Part shown: piece by piece, positions 54,857 to 64,000 of the stretch
How positions within the stretch are numbered: position 1 is the stretch's first letter
How the letters are laid out: each line of letters starts with the position of its first letter
Origin: Phoronis australis
Lineage: Eukaryota; Animalia; Phoronida
Direction: 5' to 3'
NCBI GenBank assembly: GCA_002633005.1
Contig: NMRA01000202.1
Coordinates: 1 to 64,000 of the forward strand
Length of the DNA: 64,000 nt
The notes under the pieces: generated by a model
The model's database searches: none
The model's input: the letters and a program-made list of their open reading frames with translations, nothing else
What the model was told of the DNA's origin: nothing
Made by a program: the position numbers and the translations under genes

Positions 54857-55221
54857 TTTTTTTTTTTTTTTCACTGTGATATATATTTATTGAAGGATAC
54901 ACAGAACATACAAAGAAATAATAACAAACCCAGAAACCGCGAAGCATTATATCTGGGTTGTAAACAATTCATAAATGAAACTTATATACATAGAGATATA
55001 TACAATTAAGTAGTATCTAAAATAAGTATTCCAATACTTAGACATGCTATTACAGATATATAAAAACAAAAATATTTACAGATTCATGTAGGGAAATCAG
55101 ATGCAACAATATTGATAAACGGTATATAAAAATTTGCTAACGTTGCTTAGGAGGAATTCGTTAAGAACAAAGTCAAGGTTAGGACTACCATTCAGTAATA
55201 ATGTAACTCTAGTAGGGATAT
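54857..55221 (-). mobile_element. 3' end of a non-LTR retrotransposon (CR1/L2-like LINE), cut by N55222
   Basis: Poly(A) seen as T15 at 54857-54871, AATAAA at 54886-54891 on the minus strand, and a minus-strand frame IPTRVTLLLNGSPNLDFVLNEFLLSNVSKFL...stop (55097-55099) that resembles CR1-group ORF2 C-termini. Absent from the left arm (about 32685). Confidence 0.7.
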
Positions 55222-56516
55222 NTTTCCTCTGTTCATATTTTGATTCGTCTCACTTAACGGCTTCACTTACTAGTCATACCATTTTTCGAATTCATCGGTT
55301 GGAACACGTACTACAGGTTTCTTTATGTTGCATTTTACTTTTTAGTAGTTATTCGTATTTTATTCATTCATAAAGTTTCCCAATACGTGGGGCTCAATTA
55401 TTTCTCTCACTTGATCCGTCACACTCAACCAGTTTGTTTAGATGAGGCATTTTACAGGACTAGTTCATGTTTTTTCAAGTCTTAGAATTGATGTAGCATT
55501 CATTGATTCAACCCATTTCATTGATTTTGTAAATTTTCTCATTTTATTAGTACATCCAATTTTTACATTAGTCCATAATTAATTTGTCACACTCAACCAG
55601 TTTGTTTAGATGTAGCATTTTACAGGACTAATTCCTGTTATTTTTAACTGTTACACTTGATGTAGCATTCATTAATTCAGCCCATTTCACTGGTATATTC
55701 AATTGTTGCCTTTAACTAAATAACTTTTTTTAACAGCTTCTTAAATGAGTTAAGGGGCTAGCAAACAGTGACTCGATGCTTTTGGCAGGTTCATTAGTTT
55801 GGCATATTTTACAGGTTAAGTGACACTTCCCTTGCATATGTGTACATTTATGCTTCGTTTATTGCATTTCATAAGTTAATTTTATTTCCCCACACATTTT
55901 GTTTTCTCACAGCTCATAGGGCTTTTGTTGTTTGTTTGTTGGATTTTACCCATTATTAAAGTCTCCCATTTTATCACAATTAATTTTTCACATTTCATGG
56001 TTACGCTTGATTTATACTATTTTAAAAGATTTTGCTGTTAACTTGTCTTCATTAGTTTACTAACTTTCACATTTTTTGGCTCATTTATTTTTTGCGTTAA
56101 GCCTCGTCTCACTGACATTGACTTCACATTGTCATTAGCATGTTAAGGATTCGTTTGTTTTGCCCAATTTCACCATTTTTTCAAGCCAAGGCTCCATTTA
56201 TTTACCTGTTTTTGGTGTCAGTTTTTTGCAGCAATTAAAAGATCTTACTTAATCATTACATTTTACACCTTCATTCTCTCGCTTTGCTGGTTTATCATTA
56301 TTTCATCTCTTTTATTTTTTCGTGGCTTCATTATGTCTGTCACATTTTGCCGTCTTATTAGTTATTATGTGAATTTATTAATTTGTCCCATGATAATTCA
56401 TAAACTGATTACATTTTACAGAATTCTTGATTCATCACACTTCCTGTTTCATGATTGTTTAGCAGTTAATGGACTCACTCGTTCTTTGTACTTTCGTTGT
56501 CTCTTTTTGCTCATTT

Positions 56517-56683
56517 TTCGCTGGCACCTTTTGCAAAGTCTTCAGTGCTGATTATCATTTTATTAGTTTATCTAAACGTTGCACTTTACGCACCCATTTA
56601 TTCGCTGGCACCTTTTGCAAAGTCTTCAGTGCTGATTATCATTTTATTAGTTTATCTAATCGTTGCACTTTACGCACCCATTA
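56517..56683 (+). repeat. 84-bp tandem duplication specific to the right arm
   Basis: ttcgctggcaccttttgcaaag...ctttacgcacccatt occurs twice; one shorter copy in the left arm (about 31378-31448). Confidence 0.85.
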
Positions 56684-57556
56684 ATTCGACAATTCATTAA
56701 CCAGTTGCACTTAGAGAATTGCCATCAACCCATTTTATTTGATTTCATCTCCTCGAAAGTGAATTATGACAGAAAAATTTGCCATATTGGTGGCACAAAT
56801 AAATTTTAATCTCGCAAAAGCCCAGACTTTAACCATTCAGCGTTCTGGAACTTCCCTAGTTCATTTATTTTTCACATTCTTTCTATCACTCTCAACCTCT
56901 TGACTTGGTTATGTTATTTTATGAATTCATCATTTGTGTTTAATTTGGATCACCACAGGTTTCTCTGAGTCACATTTGACCGATGCATATTTTATTCCTT
57001 CATAAATTTTCACGTTTTGTGGTCAGGATTGAATAATTTCTCGGATTTTATTTGTCAAACTCAACCATTTGTTTAGGTGTAAGTTCATGCTTTTTTCAAT
57101 TGTTTTTACCTGCATACAGGTGTCTTAATATGTGACCCTCAAATTTTACAGGTTCGTTCTGCTTCGTCACACCCTATAGGGATTGTGGCATTTTTCACAT
57201 TCATAAAAGTCTCCAATTCCATTAGTCTATTAATTTTTCACATTTTGTAGTTTCGTTTGAATTTTACTGTTTTACAGGTTTTTGTCATTAAAGGCGAAGA
57301 CAACCTTTTTCCATGTCATTTTGAGCTAAAATAAGGTTGGTTGGTTATCCTAGACATATTTTTCACTTAATTACAGCTTTTCGTAATTTTATTAATTATT
57401 CGTCCGCTTTTCCGGAAGTGACGTTTTAGGAGGCAAGCGCTTCCCGCCAATTTCTTTTCACATAGTCTGACTGTGAGAGCTGCCGAGTCAGTCATTGTTC
57501 TACCTCGGTTGTGTTAAGTTCCGTCGTCGTTCGCTTTCATTTACTAGTCAGTCAAC

Positions 57557-58623
57557 ATGCCACACTGTTGCTGCGTACCGGGATGTAGTAATTATCGGCT
57601 CACGCGCGCTTTGGGAGTGCCTTTGCATCGCTTTCCGATGGATGACACACTTCGCCGTACTTGGCTCGTTCGTGTGAAGAACGCAGCGTTACCCGTCCAC
57701 GCAACGTACAAAGCAGTGGAGAATTACCGTGTGTGTGGCAAGCACTTTCTGCCGTCCGATTACGAAAGGGATTTGTACGCTGAACTGATGAAGGTCCCCG
57801 CGAAACAACGCTTGAAGAAGGATGCCATTCCGTCTGTGTTGATTCCCGGCAGTGCCCCGTCGCCACCCCCGAGAAGTGCGTTTTTGAAGCGAGAAGCCTC
57901 GCGAGCTGTGGCCAGTACAGTGACTGGAGCCAGTGGAGGCACTTCATCTACTGTCACCCGTGCCTCCGAACGTACCCCAGAGCGTGCAATTCCTGGAACC
58001 AGTAGTGATTCGCCCTGTGCTGTTTTCTCCAGCCCAGAGCCTCTAAGCAGCCCTGCAGCGATATTGAGTAGTGGGAGTGATTACAGGCCCAGTTCGACAC
58101 CCAGTGAAGAGGACAGTTCGTCGTCCAGTGAACAGATCGGTGAGCCAAACTTTGATAAGTTTATTGTGGACTTGTCTAAAGTGTTGGAGCTATTTAGAAG
58201 GTGCCAGGTGTGTGGCGAGGGAGTCACGACACAATGTAAATAGTTTGGGTGCTCAGGTCACCATCCAGTGGGAGTGTGTCACGGGACACTCTGGCAAGTG
58301 GGACAGTTGTTCCTCTGTCCGTGGTATGCCGGAGGTCAACTTAACCATGTCCAGTGGTGTGCTCTTCACTGGAAACACGTTTCAGTCGGTGAAGACAATG
58401 ATGGACTTTGGAAAAGTCAAGTTTTTTTTCGAAAACAACATTCAACAACATTCAGAATTCCTATTTAATACCAGTTGTCAATGACGCATACATGTCACAA
58501 CATCTCGAGTTGGTGGCGGAATTCATGGAGGAGAACTTGTCTGACTCACCAGGGCGGTCCGCCAAGTATACCACATACACTCTAATGGAGGAAGAGACCA
58601 AAAAGATAATTGATGTGGAACTC
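57557..58623 (+). pseudogene. Kolobok THAP-domain transposase, frameshifted and truncated
   Basis: Complete THAP (MPHCCCVPGC...HRFP...W...RVCGKHF...LKKDAIPS), then CQVC...C..GH...W, then DSPGRSAKYTTYTLME...KIIDVEL. Frameshifts at about 58235 and 58425; the DGR expected before DSPG is missing; the sequence stops at the deletion junction. Confidence 0.88.
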
Positions 58624-58868
58624 GGAACAGCACAAGCATTCAATTGAGGTAGGCATAACAACGCACACAGTGCATTTGCACCAAGATGTGTCACCACGTC
58701 TGTCTTCAGTAGCCGCCTCGTTTCTCTCAACAGCGTCTGTGCCTGTGTGTACTCTGCCTCGTTGTACTCGGGCTCAAACATGTACCCACCCACTGAATGT
58801 CCGTGAAAAAATTCCTCGTCACCACTGCTGTGAACAAGGTCTCCGTCACTCACACTACTGTCACTGTG
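58615..58868 (-). pseudogene. KolX-like accessory protein N-terminal part with a P2X7-ballast-like Cys cluster
   Basis: GYMFEPEYNEAEY, then after a frameshift RRGDTSWCKCTVCVVMPTSIECLCCSE; the start codon probably lies in the N gap. Confidence 0.8.
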
Positions 58869-59735
58869 NNNNNNNNNNNNNNNNNNNNNNNNNNNNNNNN
58901 NNNNNNNNNNNNNNNNNNNNNNNNNNNNNNNNNNNNNNNNNNNNNNNNNNNNNNNNNNNNNNNNNNNNNNNNNNNNNNNNNNNNNNNNNNNNNNNNNNNN
59001 NNNNNNNNNNNNNNNNNNNNNNNNNNNNNNNNNNNNNNNNNNNNNNNNNNNNNNNNNNNNNNNNNNNNNNNNNNNNNNNNNNNNNNNNNNNNNNNNNNNN
59101 NNNNNNNNNNNNNNNNNNNNNNNNNNNNNNNNNNNNNNNNNNNNNNNNNNNNNNNNNNNNNNNNNNNNNNNNNNNNNNNNNNNNNNNNNNNNNNNNNNNN
59201 NNNNNNNNNNNNNNNNNNNNNNNNNNNNNNNNNNNNNNNNNNNNNNNNNNNNNNNNNNNNNNNNNNNNNNNNNNNNNNNNNNNNNNNNNNNNNNNNNNNN
59301 NNNNNNNNNNNNNNNNNNNNNNNNNNNNNNNNNNNNNNNNNNNNNNNNNNNNNNNNNNNNNNNNNNNNNNNNNNNNNNNNNNNNNNNNNNNNNNNNNNNN
59401 NNNNNNNNNNNNNNNNNNNNNNNNNNNNNNNNNNNNNNNNNNNNNNNNNNNNNNNNNNNNNNNNNNNNNNNNNNNNNNNNNNNNNNNNNNNNNNNNNNNN
59501 NNNNNNNNNNNNNNNNNNNNNNNNNNNNNNNNNNNNNNNNNNNNNNNNNNNNNNNNNNNNNNNNNNNNNNNNNNNNNNNNNNNNNNNNNNNNNNNNNNNN
59601 NNNNNNNNNNNNNNNNNNNNNNNNNNNNNNNNNNNNNNNNNNNNNNNNNNNNNNNNNNNNNNNNNNNNNNNNNNNNNNNNNNNNNNNNNNNNNNNNNNNN
59701 NNNNNNNNNNNNNNNNNNNNNNNNNNNNNNNNNNN
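58869..59735. other. Assembly gap (867 N) inside the Kolobok element
   Basis: Run of N. Confidence 1.
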
Positions 59736-62700
59736 GAAGCGCTTGCCTCCTAAAACGTCACTTCCGGAAAAGCGGACGAGTAATTAATAAAATTACGAAA
59801 AGCTGTAATTAAGTGAAAAATATGTCTAGGATAACCAACCAACCTTATTTTAGCTCAAAATGACATGGAAAAAGGTTGCCTTCGCCTTTAATTCGCATTT
59901 GATTGGTTCATTAATTTTCACATTTTTGGTATCATTTGTTTTTCACATTTAGCTTGATAACACTCATCATTTTCAATACGTTGTAACATTTTATGGATTT
60001 GTTTTTCTCATACCATTTCACCATTTATTTGTTTTCTTGTTACTAATAAATGCATTAACCACTTTCATTCAGAGAATTGACATCAGCTCACCTTCTTTAC
60101 TTACAACTCCTTGATACTAGATTTTGACAGAAAAAAATCTCCATATTCATAGCAAAGAACTTACTTTTAGCGTTGCAACAGGCCAGATTTTACCCATTTA
60201 GCAAGTCTGAATATGCCCTGGTATTTCTTCAGTTCATTTATTTTTCACGGCTTATTATACTCAAAGCATTCTTCAGATTCATCCGTCGCGTTCAGTTTGG
60301 ACCATTGCAGGTGTAGTTGTGTCGCGTTTAACTGACTCACATTTCATTCACACATTCATTAAAAACTCCCATTCCATTAGTCCATTAACTTTTTCATACT
60401 TCATAGTCTCATTTGATTATACTGGTCTGTTTTACAGGTTCTGTCACTGAATCGTACTTTAATGACTCATTAATTTTCACATTTCTTTGAGTTTGTTTAT
60501 TTTTCGCATTTATCTTCGTCACACTCATTGATTTCAAATACAGCATTTTAAGGATTCGGATTCGTCACTTTCATACAATTTCATCATTAGTTTGTCACAT
60601 TACTAATTCATTAACCAGTCACTAGGCAAGACTTTACTCAGTTACCAAGTTTGAATTTAATGTCTCGCTGATTCTTCAATTCAGTAGCAACGATGGTAAT
60701 ATGCACTCAAATGATATCCTCTGTCGAGAAACACTGAACACAAAAGTTTACCCTTTCATCGAGGACCACTTTACTCATTTCACTTGATTGACATTCAGTC
60801 ATAAAAAATTGATAGAAAAGTTTTACCCTTTTTACGAGAAAGACTTTACCCATTTAACTTGATTGACATCCAGTCGTGAAAATCTCGACAGGAAGGTTTT
60901 ACCCTTTTCACAGGGAGCGCTTTATCTGGTTAACAAGTCCCAATACTCCTAATTTCCCTGGTTTTTACTAAAAACCAGGGACGCTCTATTGACAACCTCC
61001 TCATAGTGCACTCTCTACTGCTCAACATCCCCATTTCCCCCAGCCTCACGAAAAAAAACACATAACGCACACACTCACATACGCTGTCGTCATCATAACA
61101 TTCATGTCTCATTGTCACACTCATCCTAAGCAAGCCCACACACACTCGTATTACCTTGCCCATCGATAGCTGTGAATCATAGGCGCTGGTGCTGGAAGCC
61201 ACTGGTTGCTGATGGTAGATATAGCCATCTTCAATACCAACCCTGTCTTTGGTAGAGTGAATGACTGAAACTAGGTATAGATATTCCTGAACACCTTGAC
61301 TTCTTTTTATACAACAAGGACATGTCATGACACAGTTCAAGGACTTGAAACTCACTAACAGGTGCAGGTCAGCAGATGGCGATCCAGGTTACCATGGATG
61401 GTTGGCAGACGACACGTAACCACAGGGCATCATGCTGAAAGGAACACCATTCAGTAATGATCACCAATAAACTACAAGACCAGAGTTACAATCGCTATCA
61501 GGGTGACGTGCAAGTTGAGCCGTGCATGGACGCCAAAACAGAATTTTTGAGAGAATAGGGGATGGATGTTTACCTGAAATGTCAATTTGCTTGCGCCAGA
61601 GACATAATTTTTCACACAACCTTAGTGCACGACCATCAATGCACAAACAATAGTGTGGATATTTCTGAATACGTGGATGTTAAACATGTTAAAATTTAGG
61701 ACTTACACAGCAGAAGTATTGAGACTGAATCAGCAGGAAGTCCTGATCACTTAGAGCTAATTCGGCCATCTTATTGGTGAATTCTCGATCAATTCATCTG
61801 ATCCCTTTGCTGTGTATTATGCAATCCCTAGATCAACTGTGCAGGCACCAAAGAATGTCCATACTTCAAAGCCTTCCATCCAATCTCCAAATAAAGACTG
61901 TTCGTACATCGACACCTGATATCAACTGTTCGCATGTCAACCATTCACACATCGAGGAGCATCCATACATCAAAGTTCACCATCTAACACCTGCATACCG
62001 ATCATTCACATATCAAGGCCTGCATCCACACATCGAGGGTCGTCATCTTCTGTCCATAAACCAACTGTTGGCACATCAATGGCTGCCGTCAACTGTTCGC
62101 ATATCAATCTTCCAAACACCAGAAGCATCCTAACATCAAAGATGGTCATCTGCTGTATGTATGCCAACCACCCACACATAGTGGATCATCCCCATATCCA
62201 CGATTACAATCAACTGTTCACATATCGACAGCCCACATATTGCGGAACGTCCATTCATTCAAGGATTGGCGTCTACTATCCGTATGTCGACCTTCCCCAT
62301 ACCGAAAAATGTCCATGCATCGAGGATCACCATCTTCCACACACACGTCAACTGCCCTCACACCGATTAACATCCACTCATCAAGGTTCACCATCTACTG
62401 GCTACAAACCAACTGTTCCCACAACAACATCTACCATCAGCCATCCGCATACCAATCTTCCTTACATCATGGAACATTTACACAGGTAGAACCATCAACT
62501 ACCATTCACCAACCGATCATGTGTCCACTGATGCCTGCCATCCACTGTACGTATATTGACTGTCCTCCCATTGGGAGGACAGTCACTATACGTACAGTCC
62601 ATTGACCATATGCATATTGACTGTCCCGGTGGGAGGACAGTCAATATGCATACGATCAAGGGCAAGCATCAATGGAAACATGATCAGTGGGAGGATGGGA

Positions 62701-64000
62701 GATGAAGATCCTAGATGTGTGAACATTCCTTGATGTGAGGAAGATCGAAATGCAAACGGGTGATGGCAGGCATGGTTGCGTGAACAGGTGGTCTGTGGAC
62801 AGCAAATGGTCATCCTTGACGAGTGGACATTTCTCGATGTGTTGACGGTTGACATGTGTACAGAAGAAGACGATCCTCGATACATGGACATTTCTCGATA
62901 TGTGGATGGTCGACATAAAAACAGTAGAGGACAATCCTCGAATGTATGGAAGTTCCACAATGTGTGGGTAGTCGGTACGTAAACAGTCGATGGCAATCCT
63001 GGATATGTGAACGTTCCCCTATGGGTGGATAGTTGACACGCAAACAGTAGATGACAATCCTTGATGTGAGAATGCAACTCAGTGTATGGACGACCGATAT
63101 GCGAACGGTCGATGACAGACATTGATGCGTAAACAATCAGTTTGTGGGCAGACGATGCCAATCCTCCACATCTGGATGCNCGTAAACAGTCGATGGCAAT
63201 CCTGGATATGTGAACGTTCCTCTATGGGTGGATAGTTGACACGCAAACAGTAGATGGCAATCCTTGATGTGAGAATGCAACTCAATGAGTGGACGACCAA
63301 TATGTGAACGGTCGATGACAGACATTGATGCGTAAACAATCAGTTTGTGGGCAGACGATGCCAATCCTCCACATCTGGATGCTCCTTTGATACGTGAATG
63401 TTCGAAATGCAGACAGTAGATAGTGATCTTCAACGTGTGGATATTCCTCGGAAAGTGGATGGTTGATATACGAACAGTTGACCCAAGGCACCAACGCACG
63501 GACAGTCGATGCTCAGAAATTAGACAGCAATCTTCGAAGTATGGACATTCGCTGGTACATGCACAGTTGACTCGCAGATGGCACAGTACACACCACAGTG
63601 ATCAACTAGAACGACCTGGAATTCCCCGACATGATGATAGAATTAACGGTTATGACCAGGAATTCTCTGTTCATCTGCCAAACTACTTCGCGTGTTTGTC
63701 GTGAACTGCGAAATGGATTCACATAAAATTACGAGTTGCCGAAAGGTGAACAAAATGCGTATGTTTTAGGAGCTAAATATTTTGGCAACATGGCACTCAT
63801 TTAGACACTGAAACTTTTTGGAAAGTCATGTAATTGCAACAATTAAATGTGGGCAAAGTGAGAGCATTTAAATGCAAAGATATGTAAAATTTTGTCGATT
63901 AGCATTCGGCCCAACTTGCCTGTGAACCCTTCTGAGTATGCACTGGAGGTGTAAAAAAACTCCCTGAACTTCAGTTTATCTGTACTATGCACAGTTGATG

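Larger units (their letters stand above)
57292..59887 (+). mobile_element. Kolobok-superfamily DNA transposon, defective and internally deleted
   Basis: TTAA at 57288-57291 and 59888-59891; single TTAA at the empty site 30813-30816; TIRs of at least 152 bp (57292-57443 vs 59736-59887, 2 mismatches) starting AGGC; THAP transposase on + and KolX-like gene on -. Confidence 0.9.
46065..64000 (-). repeat. Right arm of the large inverted duplication, expanded by a 2.8-kb tandem duplication, a LINE fragment and a Kolobok element
   Basis: Reverse complement of 26973-38687 with scattered substitutions and indels; continues past the window end. Confidence 0.95.

Noticed and set aside
55223-55270. 48-bp repeat as the LINE's TSD
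   Set aside because: It begins exactly at an N join and is longer than usual; contig overlap with the empty allele is simpler.
58610-59812. 400-aa and 318-aa ORFs
   Set aside because: Artefacts of translating through the 867-N gap.
57292-59887. piggyBac element or host THAP gene
   Set aside because: The TSD is TTAA, but the ends are AGG rather than CCY, and the THAP transposase with DSPG..AKY plus a convergent KolX-like gene fits Kolobok. It is intronless, frameshifted and absent from the paralogous arm.
62979-63382. ~200-bp tandem duplication as a biological feature
   Set aside because: The copies meet at N63180 and the left arm has a single copy; probably overlapping contig ends or alleles.

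Overview
AT-rich eukaryotic genomic DNA with GT-AG introns, most likely an invertebrate animal (inference), from a draft assembly with gaps at 18324-18367 and 58869-59735 and single-N joins at 44949, 51918, 55222 and 63180. The only intact host gene I can support is a 12-coding-exon acid sphingomyelinase (SMPD1-like, + strand, 2718-15495, 601 aa by my splicing); its introns carry several MITEs and a THAP-like fragment. From about 27 kb to the end the window is one large inverted duplication: 26973-38687 matches 46065-64000, and the right arm runs off the window. The spacer holds a 2.6-kb satellite of 26-bp CCAAT-box monomers in a 7-mer, 182-bp higher-order repeat with one TATAAAA per unit, and the A-rich/T-rich strand skew flips there. 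Each arm contains a ~1.6-kb fold-back of ~61-bp repeats capped by twin hairpins. The right arm also has a Kolobok-type DNA transposon (TTAA TSD confirmed by the empty site in the left arm), a CR1/L2-like LINE 3' end and a 2.8-kb tandem duplication. A second, decayed Kolobok lies in the spacer. My best candidate for a novel system is a dsRNA/small-RNA-producing locus organised around the CCAAT array. That is inference, and a scaffolding artefact at N44949 must be excluded first.
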